A stretch of 43,483 bases of DNA from Octopus bimaculoides (GCF_001194135.2 NC_068993.1:30441291-30484773); one strand, 5' to 3'. Positions 10,950 through 23,360 are shown, counted from the stretch's first letter. The notes: generated by a model not told the origin, from the sequence alone. Program-made: numbers and translations.

Positions 10950-11525
10950 AGCACTAGATAAAATACCTCCCAGTATTTACGGTTTAACGGCATTTCGTCT
11001 TTACGCTCTGAATTCAAATTCCGCCGAGGTTAACTTTACTTTTCATCCTTTCTGATTTGATAAAATAGCAACCAGTCGAACACTGGCATTGATGTAATTG
11101 ACTTGCTCTGAAATTGCTGCCCTTGTGCCAAAATTTGAAGCTAATATTTATTATTAATTTAGGGTAGCGCGCTGGCAGAATCGTTACCACGCCGGGCAAA
11201 CAGGCTTAGCAACATTTCATCGGTCTTTACGTTCTCAGTTCAAATGCCACCAAGGTCATTCCAGGGTCTATAAAATAAGTACCAGGCGAGCACCGGGGTT
11301 GATGTAAACGACGTAACTCCTGCCCCCATATTTCGGGCTTTCAAGTATTTAATTATACTACAAGTAGTATTTAGTTATACTACAAGCCTCGTAGTATTTA
11401 GTTGTATACCTTCTGAGTTCAAAATCAAACTGCAAATTTCGTATTTTATTCCTCGGAGGTCAATAACAGGCATCAGTCGTGTACAGCAGTCCATTTAATT
11501 GATTATTCTTCTTCCCTAAATTTGT
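10950..11525 (+). mobile_element. Three tandem family-A SINE copies (~10950-11160, 11162-11345, degenerate 11405-11525)
   Basis: TTCAAATTCCGCCGAGGT at ~11012; GCTGGCAGAATCGTTACCACGCCGGGC head at ~11170; TCTGAGTTCAAA at ~11412. Confidence 0.75.
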
Positions 11526-11648
11526 AGCATTGTACTAAAATAGCGTCATTGTTTCGCTTGTGTCGCATTTAATACAATATCTCCCTCGAATGATTTTGTT
11601 GAAAATGTTGGCCTCTCATACTGAAAAAAAAATCATGCTAGAAGACAT

Positions 11649-11651
<3 letters not shown>

Positions 11652-11687
<36 letters not shown>

Positions 11688-11694
11688 GTGAGAG
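11652..11694. repeat. (GA)n microsatellite
   Basis: Direct. Confidence 0.95.
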
Positions 11695-12569
11695 ATGTCA
11701 ACGTATCCCAACCAACTACTGTAATAAAGCCATGATAAATTGTGGGAAAACTGCATCATCAATACTGATGGTACTACAAAATCCTGATCTGAAGTATGGT
11801 GTGTTGACTTCGTGCCACAAATCATAAGTACGTCTTTTCTACACTGTACTCTTTACACATAAGTTATTTTAGATATAAATTTAAAAATTAACTTTAGAAA
11901 AAAGTTAATATTTGTAGTTAAATCGGTAGGGTTATCCTATCATGAGTACGAAAAAACGAGCGACAATATTCAAAGTACTTGGATGTTTGTCTACTCGTAA
12001 AATAATATCACGTGGGTTATACCTTACCACTGTAAGTCAATTGCCGCTTTATCACACTGTTTATTTTAGCTTCCATTAATGCTTTCGATTTTTCTTATAG
12101 ACCCAGAAAATAAGAGAAACCTGCTTCGATGTATTTTACTCAGGGAATCTGATAAATACATTATAAAAATAACACCGCATGATTTTGTATACAGTTGATA
12201 ACCATACAGTATGATAACCATACATCCTACTTAATAAATGTTACGCTAGATGACTCTTCTTAACTTCAAGGACAACATGATAAAATTAGGGGAGACGATC
12301 CTGGTAAAACAGCTAACTGGATACTGAATTTCTATTCGGTTTCGTCCATCAGATATTTCTGTGAAATATTCTTATTGAAGGATTAAAAACTGAACTGAAA
12401 TCTGTAAAGATTTTTGTATGAATAATCAAACATATTCTAGGAATTGTATATCTATATGATATCTTTATCAAATAGAGATCTTCATAATTTTCTGTTTTCC
12501 TAATAGTAAGTCATTATCAGGACATTCCACACTTGTAAAAGAAGCAAAGCCAATAGTCAAATAAAAAAG

Positions 12570-12785
12570 ATTGTACTCTAGGTACAAGGATCGAAATTTT
12601 GGGGGAGGGGCCAGTCGATTAGATCGAGCCAGTGCGAAACTGGTACTTAATTTATCGACTCCGAAATGATGAAAGGTAAAGTCGACGTAGGCGGAATTTG
12701 AACTCAGAAAATAAAGACAGACAAACTGCTGGTGAGCATTTCGCCCGGCGTGCTAACCTCGCCCGGCTGCCACCTCACTGCCTTT
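12570..12785 (-). mobile_element. tRNA-derived SINE, family A
   Basis: Reverse complement contains CTGAGTTCAAATTCCGCCTACGTCGACTTTACCTTTCATC...GTCGATAAATTAAGTACCAG. Confidence 0.85.
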
Positions 12786-12975
12786 AAGATTAGATGAATA
12801 TTATAGAATAAATAGTTTTCTTCTGAATTATTACGTCTGCTTTAAAATTGCGTTTTCTGCATCCAGTATTTTGAATCCCGATACTGATACTATAGCTCAT
12901 GAATAATTCTTTAGAAAATCATGTCATGAAAAATATCTTCAGGGTATGAAATAAAAGAAGTGGGGAAAAAATGAT

Positions 12976-13345
12976 NNNNNNNNNNNNNNNNNNNNNNNNN
13001 NNNNNNNNNNNNNNNNNNNNNNNNNNNNNNNNNNNNNNNNNNNNNNNNNNNNNNNNNNNNNNNNNNNNNNNNNNNNNNNNNNNNNNNNNNNNNNNNNNNN
13101 NNNNNNNNNNNNNNNNNNNNNNNNNNNNNNNNNNNNNNNNNNNNNNNNNNNNNNNNNNNNNNNNNNNNNNNNNNNNNNNNNNNNNNNNNNNNNNNNNNNN
13201 NNNNNNNNNNNNNNNNNNNNNNNNNNNNNNNNNNNNNNNNNNNNNNNNNNNNNNNNNNNNNNNNNNNNNNNNNNNNNNNNNNNNNNNNNNNNNNNNNNNN
13301 NNNNNNNNNNNNNNNNNNNNNNNNNNNNNNNNNNNNNNNNNNNNN
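12976..13345. other. Assembly gap (N run). Other gaps: ~2369-2378, 10022-10031, 17068-17077, 20303-20484, 29632-29641, 30290-30653, 40171-40361, 42938-42947
   Basis: Direct. Confidence 1.
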
Positions 13346-14639
13346 CAATCAAATACTGACGTTGATTTAATCAACGTCACAAAAGCGAGTTGCTTCGTGC
13401 TTGTGTTACAAATTTTCTTATTGCTATCTTGAATAATGATGGCTGACTAAATAGGCAGAGCATCGGAAAAACGTCTACGCCTCTATATGTCCTGACTGGT
13501 CTTTTTCGGAGTTCATTCTCTTGCAAAAATTCATACCAATTCTCTAGTTTCAAAATGAACCATGCTTTTTAGTTATCTCCTTTTCCCTTCCAATCTCGGT
13601 TCCCGCAAGTCCTTCACTGATAAAGTCAGCGTGAATTCAATTTTTCTCTTTTTTCTTAATTTGTAGTTACCAAAATAAAACACCAGTCAAGTAATGGGAA
13701 TGAGACGATCCAGTCTGCTCTTTCCCCCAACTAGTGATCTATTTTTGTTAAAATTAATCACTTGAGTTACTTAACGAAGGAGATGGAATGACAAGCAATT
13801 CAGTGCCTGATGAAATATCTTGCGATATTTAGAAACGCCCCATTTCGTCTATGTTTAAAAACAGGAAAACGTTTCATTATACTACTAATCATTCTCTGAT
13901 AGATAAAACAAGTACAAGTTCGATTGAATGGAAAATATGTGACCTTCTTCTAGCAATTTATAGGCAGTAGAATATATTGTAATATAGTGTTTTTTTTCTT
14001 AAAAATTATTTTTAGAGATAATCTAAACTAATCATTTATATTACATACTATAAAAAATTAGATTTGAAGAATTCCAATGTTTTCAAAATAACCGAGTAAG
14101 TTTTTATACAGTGAATAGGTAATATATCAAACTAACAGTTGCGAACTCGGCCTGGCCCAGGCATAGAGATAGGACTAAACAATTTTCCAGTAACTGAAGA
14201 AACAAGAGGGTGAACTTTTGAATCTTAGGATTTATCAGCCGAAATATAGACCTGCTGAATCTGTAGAAACTATCTAAGAATCCAGAAACGTTCAGAGTTA
14301 TGTCTCTAGTCAACAGAATATTGTTAACCATTATTCAATGTAAGGGAACGCTTCTCACAAAACAAAGAACAATTCCTCTTTAATGAATACAAAACCATCT
14401 TGAAGAACCGGAAAAAAAGTCTCGAATGGATGATCAAAGCGTCGCGAAATGTAAGTTACGAAAAAAGGAAAGTTTCAGCTCGCACGCGCGCATACACATA
14501 CACACACATACATGCATACATAAATTCACACGCATACATACATACATACATACATACACACCCAAATAATACATTTGAACGCTTATCCTTCATTATAGTA
14601 AATCACGAGTTGTTCTATATAATTGTTCACTTTCTGCTG

Positions 14640-14938
14640 ACTTAAATTTTCACCCACTTTTGTCCAATAAAATCTCTCGTGATATAACAATACCAAAGCA
14701 TTTTTGACTTCGTTGTTCTCTTTTACAAAATATTTGAGTGACCTTGAGGATAACCATAATGTATGTAGGCTACACATGAATGATGCATGGGTGCAGAAAG
14801 TCATGGAGGAATAAAGGGCGATATCATCAATGCAGGAGTTGGTATTTTGGTGGAGTGGTGAGGGCAAGTAAGTCATTGGTGCATAGGAAAAATGTGTGAG
14901 AGAGAAAACGGAACCAGCAAGCACATCAGAGTTGATAG

Positions 14939-15018
<80 letters not shown>

Positions 15019-16150
15019 AGCGAGGGTACAGAACACTATTTGTATACTAAGTTTCTGGGAGACAAGAGGCAGATGAAGCCGGTAGATCAGGTAGAATGTT
15101 TGCATCTCAAAGACAGTTCTCCGAAAATATTTCGAGGGCGAAGCCTAACGAACGAGAACAAGGATAATAGGTCTTCAGTAATCTGATTTTACGGAAGTTG
15201 TGCTGGTAAATCTTTAAAGATAGTAAAAGAATCTAAGAGAAAGGAAAAATTGTTGTGTAGAACAGTTTTGTGAAGCTGGGAATGCAATGTCTGACGGGTC
15301 GATGGAGGGGACACTGTCATACCCTCTGGCCCGTTTGGAGCGAACCGATGTACGTACGCACTTCGTATGTATGAGCATTTACAAACAGACCTGGTGGAAT
15401 AGGAATGGATTGCTTTGAAAATTCAACTAGGCTTTGCAATGTGAACCTGCATACAAAATGGGCGTGAAGTATTAAGGCTTTCTCCATGGAAATACTGCAC
15501 ACAGAACCATCATGTTTTAAAAAGAAGGGGGAAAAGGAAGATGCTGTAAAAGTGAATTGGGAAGCTTTTGGTGAGGGACCGAAATTATCTGGTGCAGCTT
15601 GAGTTGTCGGAGTGTCTGTTAGCTGTATCATGCACGAAGGCATCGTTCAAAAGATAGTTTTGATGCAGTTGCAGAGCCGAGTGACAGACGCCCAGTTTCT
15701 AAAAGTATGTATTCTGTCCAAGAGTGATAGACTGTGTTTTATGCTTGACCTGACGCATCGCAGGTATGGGGGTACCGCATCGAGGATTCGTGACTGAGAA
15801 GTTTGGTTGTGTGACGTGTGGTGGAACATATCTAAGTGGATGGTTCTAGTGATCAGACGAGTGGCCATTGATAAGCCAGTCATGAAGAACTGGTTTTATT
15901 ATTACTGGTGCCAATAATAAGACTTTATGTATGAAGTAACCTTGTTAGCAAAGATAGACTATAAATAAGGGTTGAGAGACAGGGTGAAACAGGATGGAGG
16001 AGGTGTATTTCTTAGAGGCAATACGTAGCGTCTAGATTGGATTGGAATTTGAAAGGACATGAAAATAGAGATAGGAGAAATGCTAAATGAATTTGGTGAA
16101 AGATTTTCTCTTAATGGAAATATAGGAAATGGTTTTATAGTTTTACTTAC
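14640..16150 (-). mobile_element. Decayed APE-type LINE (CR1/L2/Jockey group) ORF2 fragment, split by a (GA)n array at 14942-15015
   Basis: Minus-strand remnants in order: EN-RT linker (FTASSFSPFFLKHDGSVCSISMEKALILHAHF; cf. SSFPPL..DGS..S..KA..FA); DY*RPIILVL (~15165; cf. NYRPISL); GSVFSLTHF...SCIDDIALYSS (cf. GSxLSPxLF...YADD). Confidence 0.7.
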
Positions 16151-16395
16151 TTCAATTATACTGCTGCTACGTTAGGGCAACGGCTTGAGGAATTTTAGAT
16201 GAATGAATTGACCCCATACTTTTTTAAACCTGGCACTTATTCTGTCTGACACTTTTGTCGAAGCATTAAATCACAGGAACGAAAACCCACCAACACTGGC
16301 TGTCAAGCAGTAGTGTGGACCCCCACCCCCCACACACGTGCTTCTTTCAATTTCCGTCATCTAAATCCTCTCATAAGTCTTTGGTCAGCCACGCA
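16150..16395 (-). mobile_element. Degenerate family-B SINE
   Basis: Reverse complement resembles the 4670-5110 copy (GATTTAGATGACGGAAATTGAAAGAAG; TTGACAGCCAGTGTTGGTG; GAATAAGTGCCAGGTTT). Confidence 0.6.
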
Positions 16396-17054
16396 GTAGG
16401 ACTGTCAGTGTTGTTGGGGGTAACAATAACTCTCTACCGGGAATGCAAACCGAATGCTTTCATCAGAGTGAACATCGCTAAAGGTGCTCGTTTTCTAGGA
16501 ACTAGTAGGGAACAGGACGACGTGTCATACCTTCTGCTTCTCCACTCCCCATCAGAAACCGGTTTCGTTAGATACATCAGAACTACATAAAGTAACGTAA
16601 CACAAACCAAGTCAAACATATGAAGTGCGTCAGAATCACAGAGTTGTTTAGTTCGGGTTAACCTACCAAATGAAGTGAAACCAAAAAGCTTACAATAATT
16701 CTATATTACAGCCACCATGTTTTCGGTCTTAATGACACACAAAATACAATAGCCAAATCTTTCCTCACAACATAGTATCATCTCAAAAAAGAAAGAAAAT
16801 TTTGGGACAACACAGCAGCAGTAGGAAAAAGGGAGGAAAAAGGGAGAGGTCCTTGGGATCTTGGGCCAGACAACATCAGTAATAACTCCTGTCACGAAAG
16901 GGCAAGGAACAGACACTTAAAGCCGAACTCGATGTGAGTTTGTTCTTTTGTAATAATGGTGAAGGTGAGAGGGCAGCATATCGCTAACAGCTCCACTGCT
17001 ATTATAAATGTTGACACTATGATGTTTAGAATTTTCAAATGATTAACAATCAAG

Positions 17055-17190
17055 TACACACACACACNNNNNNNNNNACACACACACACATACACACACG
17101 CACGCACACACACACACACACTCAATCACTCACACACTCACTCACTCACTCACTCAATCACTCACACACACACATGTATCATATGTATAT
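17055..17190. repeat. (CA)n/(CACT)n microsatellite
   Basis: Direct. Confidence 0.9.
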
Positions 17191-18274
17191 ATATTATATA
17201 GAGCAAATTTACTCAGATTATGTAGACTCAAAAAAATTAGAAGGGGAAAAAAGTATGACGTTACAAGTCCGACAACTGTTTCTGGAGACTGGAGTTACTT
17301 CATAATGTTGGCAGATGTAGTTCATCAAAAATTTACAGCCAGTAATGGAAGGAAATAAACATTGGTAAAATCCAGAGCCTCCTTTATCAGGGTGGATAAA
17401 TAATTATGCAGGGAAATTTAAAGATAGAATAGGTTTAGTAGAAGACAAGGAAATGTAGTAGTAGGAGGATGTAGGTGGCTAGAAGGGAGTGTGTGGAGTG
17501 ATGAAGCGAAGAAAGGCAAAAGAGGTCAGAGAGTTAGATCAAGATGATGGAGGGGGGAACAGGGTACTGAGAGATTTAGTGTTGGTGGTAGAAGTTGAGA
17601 ATTAGGAAATTAAAGGGAGGGGTAGTATGTGGTATTTGAAGGATAGTCAATGCTGGTGGGTTTATGAATAGATGCTAACAATTTAGGATAGTAGTCAATA
17701 TGTATATATATATTGTACATTAAAAGTTTTTATGTTCCTTTGAATCATTGTCTCCATATCTGCTCACTTGGATTTCCCTTATAGCCATTCTTTACCCTGC
17801 TGACTTGGTCATCGGTAGACGTATAGGAGTATAAACACTACAACGTGTTTTCTATATCGAGATTCTCTCGCTTTTTTCTGTTGGTTACATATATTCATGT
17901 AAAGCCATGTTGATGTTCAACTAGTTCGAGAGTAACCGGCTGTGATAAGACCTAACAGCAAAAATAGTCCCAGGAGGAAACACTCCTCCTAGATTTCTTA
18001 TGTAGATAGACACTATGTTTAACCAATTAATGCCCGAAATAAAAAAAATTTGAATTTTTTGGTTACAGTTACATACGTTGTAATAATAAAGTGGTTTTTA
18101 GACCTGTATGATATATCATACGCTGGGCATGTAGTTTTAAAATAAGGATGAAGTAAAAGAATGTTTAATCTCATTTATTTGTTTTACAAAAAATTCTAAT
18201 GACAAGTAAATATATTTCTAAGAGGAATACCATTTATTGATGAAAATGAAGAAAGCATACGTCAGGGTGTAGGC

Positions 18275-19900
18275 TTACATACATTTGATGCAAACAAATT
18301 TGTTGCATTTTCCACAAGCTGCGCATCGCCTTTGAGTTTCAATTTTGTTGACAAGATGGTTTCTGTTATCGAATCGTGCCACTTGCGGAACTTGCTTCTT
18401 TGTTTTACGACGTACCGCTCTCTTCTTTTCTAAATCTGCAAACAATGCAGTAACTATCTGCCTTGTAAATTCCAGTAGAGAAATATTCGTCTGAATGCGG
18501 CGGAAAAGTATCCATAAATTTACAATGCTTCCATTGAGGCAAAATCTAAACAAAGGCCAATATCATTTTCTTGATCGTTTTCTAATTCGATAATGACTTC
18601 TCAGTTTGTCAAATAGATCGGCACCACCCATTTGTTTGTTATATAGCTTCACAATATTTGGTTGAGGTACATATACTCTATTTCTCTCAGATTGTTTCCA
18701 TCATTTACAGCTGCCAACATCAAAAACCTCATCTTACAAATTAGTTACAAGATTTACTTGATTATTATCATGCCATCTTAGCAGAGTAATTACATTCTCC
18801 TTATCCTAAACTACCCAGCAAGTGCCTCCTGTAGCGGTGCATTTTCTGTTCTATCCTTTTGAATAGTCCCAACACAAAAGAGACCATTGTTTGATAAGGC
18901 ATCGATCAAAGGTAGAGAAGTGAAACAATTGTCCATATAAATGCGTGATCCTACTGGTACAAATTTTAAATATAATTTTTCGGTAACTGAAGAACCAAGT
19001 GTTTTACCCGCAATTTTATCTCCTGCACCTGTGTAAGAATGGAATTTCACTAAGAATCCATCTGGTCTGGCAAAGCACCGAAACTTGAAAGCATAGCGTA
19101 TGGGCTTGCCTCTTATAAACTGTTTCAATCCCTGATGTCCATAATAAGGTTCTATTGCTTCATCAAGAGAGACATGGTTACCCATTGATTCTAAAAATAC
19201 TGTTGTCATTGAAATGCAGATATTGATGTATTTTCTCAAACGTATTTCTAGACATTGCATGACTAAATGGTTGTTTGAATCTGATCTAGTCTCCCTTTAC
19301 ATTCTTCTGTAGGGTAGTTTATTGTAACCAGATAATAAAAGTATTCCCTGCAAATCTCATTTTTGTGCACAGTTCTCTGCAAATACGATTCATAATATCT
19401 TTAGAGAAACTCTCCTTGAAGACGTCAGTTGGCTCAGACTTGTTATCCCTAAATTTTGCTGTAGTCGAAGGTTTAGTTTCACTGGAATCACAATCATACT
19501 TTGCAGAGGACTGTTTCAATGGTTTACTATTACATTTCCGAGAACCTTTCTTTGTGCGTAAACAGTGCTACTTAGCAGAGCTTGGTGTCACCTCCTTGTC
19601 TACATCGAGAACCTCAACACCAGCTATACTATAGGCTCTGATCTCACCTTTCTCTGCAATAATACCTCCACCAATGTCTCGCAAATTTGCTGAAGATTCT
19701 TCGCAGTCACTTAAAGCATCATCTTTATCTGAACCATCGCCATTATTTGGTGGATAAAATACCAGTTGAGGCTCATCAACATTATTAATTTCCTCAATAA
19801 AATGTTCATTACCATCACCAGATTCAATTATATGTAGGATTTCTTCAGTGTCACTTTCACCATCAGGTTTTCTATTAGATATATTTAATGATCTAGATAT
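18275..19900 (-). pseudogene. piggyBac transposase pseudogene
   Basis: Acidic N-terminus (VFYPPNNGDGSDKDD); VSLDEAIEPYYGHQGLKQFIRGKPIRY (D268 equivalent); IYMDNCFTSLPL (D346); LRWHDNNQV; YNKQMGGADLFD (D447); C-terminal Cys-rich RRCAACGKCNKFVCIKC. Several stops, frameshifts and internal deletions. Confidence 0.92.
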
Positions 19901-20144
19901 ATATATTTCACTTGCACTTATTTTATGAAGAAAATAAATAATAAATATAGAAAATTTAAGATTCAAGGGCTAGATACTTTAATTTACAATTGTTTTAAAG
20001 TTTTTTGGCTTATTGAGGACAAAATTAACGATTGTACCTTCAAACCGGAAAAAACTTAATTTTGAAATGTACACACGGATTCCCATCGTATATTTTATTA
20101 TACGCACATATATAAACGTTAATAAATCGCAACTTTATTTACGT

Positions 20145-20650
20145 AGATTACTAAGACCTTCTTGGTTTGCATCAATAATATCACAGAGATGGCACTCCGT
20201 CGCTTACGACGTCGAGGGTTCCAGTTGATCTGATCAAAGGAACAGCCTGCTCGTGAAATTAACGTGCAAGTGGCTGAGCACTCCACAGACACGTGTACCC
20301 TTNNNNNNNNNNNNNNNNNNNNNNNNNNNNNNNNNNNNNNNNNNNNNNNNNNNNNNNNNNNNNNNNNNNNNNNNNNNNNNNNNNNNNNNNNNNNNNNNNN
20401 NNNNNNNNNNNNNNNNNNNNNNNNNNNNNNNNNNNNNNNNNNNNNNNNNNNNNNNNNNNNNNNNNNNNNNNNNNNNNNNNNNNNGTAGTGGAAGAGTACA
20501 GCAGGATTCGCCACCGTCCCCTGCCGGAGCCTCGTGGAGCTTTAGGTGTTTTCGCTCACTAAACACTCACAACGCCCGGTCTGGGAATCGAAACCGCGAT
20601 CCTATGACCGCGAGTCTGCTGCCCTAACCACTGGCCCATTGCGCCTCCAC
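20145..20650 (-). mobile_element. tRNA-derived SINE, family D (resembles octopus OR-type SINEs), inserted in the piggyBac 5' region and spanning an N gap
   Basis: Minus-strand head GTGGAGGCGCAATGGGCCAGTGGTTAGGGCAGCAGACTCGCGGTCATAGGATCGCGGTTTCGATTCCCAGACC with A and B boxes. Confidence 0.85.
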
Positions 20651-21309
20651 CAACAATAATGTATACTTAATAAAAAATACAAAAGCAAAATAAAATATTG
20701 CAAAACATTTAAAGCATACAAATAAAAAAAACTTCCCACCGATAGCACTTCTTCCTCACTTTAAAATTTGATACTGAAAGAAACGAGTCTAGCACATTGT
20801 ATAAATGATCAAATTATGGCTTTGATGCCAAATATTGCCTGATAGGTTATTATTCTTTATCTTCAGAAAGGCTTTTGATGCCTAGATTTATGAAATTATT
20901 TATATGAATATTTTCGTCTGAAATATAAAAAAGCGTATGATAAATCATACGCTGGGCATTAATGGGTTAAGCTGTGAATGACGCATCAGATCGTAGGACG
21001 CATGTGTTTCTGCATTGTTCCGCTTCTTACACCGCAAAAGCTAAGTAGGTCATTCACAGCAAAGTAAGTATGAAGTTATAATCGTGAAGCAGCACTAGGA
21101 TAGATGTAAGTGACTTGCCTCCCTCCTGATAAATTGCTGGCTTTGTGCCAATATTTAAAATCATTTTTATTACCATTTCGATATTTTCATGCAGCTCCAT
21201 GTTTCTGCGGTGTGCTCTTATTTTTGTAGGTATTGATGAAGTATCAGTTTTTTTCGATACAGGGTTTGCCTTACTGACTCTTGTAGCATATTGGTGTCGA
21301 TGTGCAATT

Positions 21310-22180
21310 GAATTGATAATGTATTGAGCAGGGTGGGGTCTGTTCCATGTAGAGCTATTTTTTAACGGTGTCTTGTGATGTAAGTCCTGGTATCGCTTCT
21401 AAGTTTCCAGTCTACTTGTTATTACTGGTACCATTTTCACTTTCATACCCCACATATTGAATATTTCGAGTTCAACATGCTTGACAGTTTTCCACTTTGG
21501 GGGCAAACCTTTATTAAAAAGAGATTACGATTATTGTTGCCAAGTTGTTTTCGTGTACCGTATTTGGTACTTGTTTATGCCACTTCTTGACTGTTTTCAC
21601 ATTCATATTTGGCAAGGATCGGGCAGTCAGAGATGTTGAGCGTTTCATTGTGCTGGTAGGTCATTCTTTATTTGATACTAGGACCCGTTTTCATTGTTTT
21701 GTTTTTATAACTACTTGTGATAAGACATTGGTCATATGCAGGGAGAATCAGTCTCTCCATTTCTGCTGTTAGCTCGGATCTTTTGTGGTATTATTCGTAG
21801 TGATTTCTTTGTCTCTCTCTCTTTTAATTCTGTGTTAATGTCGTTTTTGTCTCTTTAACCATTTCTGTTGAGTAGTTAACTAGATATAGGATTTCAGGTT
21901 AGTCTGTTTCTGCTTTGTTGTTTATCGCTTCCTTGTGTATAGAAAAAAGAGATATTTTGTTTTTTTCCTCGTTTCTTTATTACTGTTGTAAAGTGGATTC
22001 CTCCCACTGGTGTGATTTGTGACTGCCGTTGTACTGTAATTGCTGTTTAAGCTACAATAGTTAGTAGTTATCGGATACTGTTGTATGTCTGTCTTCGTAC
22101 CAGAATAGTAATACCCTAACTTCTGTCTTACTATCGCTGATAGCTCCACAAGACACCGACTAAAACTGTTGACTCTCAAC
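21310..22180 (-). mobile_element. R4/Dong-like RLE non-LTR retrotransposon, 3' fragment 1
   Basis: LTAEMERLILPAYDQCLITSSYK (cf. LKxETEGxIxAAQDQxLxT); ETLNISDCPILAKYE (CCHC remnant); ELEIFNMWGMKVKMVPVI; IALHGTDPTLLNTLSI (cf. ALLGTAxILRxxL). Internal deletions. Confidence 0.75.
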
Positions 22181-22439
22181 CCTCTCTTGACGACCGGCTA
22201 CTTTTACTGGGAGGTGTATACAATTTCACTATACAACAATTACAATTAGGAGTCTTCCAGATTTTACCAGTTCTACCGCTGTTATTTTAAAGTTGATTTG
22301 CTTGGACATGTCCAGCTTGTGTATCTATACTTTTATCTAAATTTTTCATTTCACTTGTAGCAGAGACATGATTATCATTCGACTGATTAGGCTTAAATAC
22401 CCAGATTTTGGCTCACAACACTGGTTCTCTGCAAGTTGT

Positions 22440-23360
22440 CACATGGCCGGGTCAAGCGATGGTTTATACATTGACGAAGACCGTTTGTGGGGATTGGATG
22501 CTTTAAGTTATCCAATCCGAACACTTGCTAGAGCAGTAAAGCGCCGCAAAATATGTTGGCGAGCTGGAGCCCCACTACATCTACAAATAATTTCCTCTAA
22601 GCTAGAGAAATGAGAGTTATTCAGCAGAGGGCCTTGACGCACTTTCGTGTTCCCTCCAACAAACATCATCACGTACCAACTGCTTGAGAAACCATTATGT
22701 ATATTTTCTGACAGTATAATTCATGTTGAACCAACTTGCTGTACCTTCCGTTAGACGTTGAAATAAAATGTGGCAGTTCAATCACAACTTTTGTCGTCGT
22801 ATATCTTTTCGCTGTTATGACTCAGTTGGAACCAGAAAATTCTAATGTTTTCAGGTCCAGATCCACACGACTTCAACCTTTAAACACTTAACTTCCAATT
22901 TATTATATTAAAACTGTAATACATAACCGGTATGGCCAGCGTATGGCGTACTAGCGGGACCCATGAATATTTCACGGAATTAATGGTAAACCTATTGGGT
23001 TATTTCTGAAAACTTCATCCAAAAAATCCTGAAAATCTCTAGGTGTGCTCCACATATACCATATGATAATCTGCTTTCATGTCTCAGAACATTACATTTG
23101 TAATTTCGCGTGGGTAGCTACTCATCCTGAGCAACAATAATATGTCCCCTTAGTGTCGGGCTTGAGATAAGAGCATGTCAGTCACTGATGGGTAAATGTT
23201 TGGTCTGATTCAGGATTCCTGAGTCTAATCAGGTATTTTCCATGCAATGATTTCTGTTCTTAGGAGTCAGGTTACTAGTTAGTCTAATTGTTCCCTTACC
23301 AAGAATATACTTTAAGAATGCATATCTAATACTTGAACTTTCACTTCGCTTTCCTTACTT
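22440..23360 (-). mobile_element. R4/Dong-like RLE non-LTR retrotransposon, 3' fragment 2
   Basis: LRGHIIVAQDE*LPTRNYKCNVLRHESRLSYGICGAHLE; GPENIRIFW; C-terminal ...RQHILRRFTAL. Confidence 0.65.

Larger units (their letters stand above)
18023..20966 (-). mobile_element. piggyBac DNA transposon (PGBD3-like), decayed, both ends present
   Basis: TTAA TSD at 18019-22 and 20967-70; TIRs CCAATTAATGCCC / GGGCATTAATGGG; internal 25-bp repeat GTATGATA(T/A)ATCATACGCTGGGCAT at 18106-30 and 20935-59. Confidence 0.92.

Noticed and set aside
11546-11620. Minus-strand YERPTFSTKSFEGDIVLNATQAKQ* after a T-rich acceptor, resembling the astacin propeptide FEGDI motif
   Set aside because: An in-frame stop follows, there is no convincing donor, and no HExxHxxGxxH exon was found downstream.
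12911-13432. Long ORFs in the supplied track here and at 20119-20627, 30149-30840 and 40071-40390
   Set aside because: Artefacts of N gaps.
14137-14193. Possible 57-nt minus-strand exon with good acceptor and GTTAGT donor; overlaps a + strand CTGAAGA followed by a hairpin
   Set aside because: The peptide is unrecognisable and no partner exon could be established (the 13537-13616 candidate is closed in all frames). The hammerhead reading lacks GAAA.
20560-20650. tRNA gene
   Set aside because: The tRNA-like head lacks a full acceptor stem and continues into a SINE body; the same applies to the other A/B-box heads.
22368-22613. + strand ORF with a good acceptor that superficially resembles a TIR or YqaJ-nuclease segment
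   Set aside because: It is the antisense of the C-terminus/3' UTR of RLE retrotransposon fragment 2 (minus frame ...RQHILRRFTAL), so the resemblance is probably coincidental.
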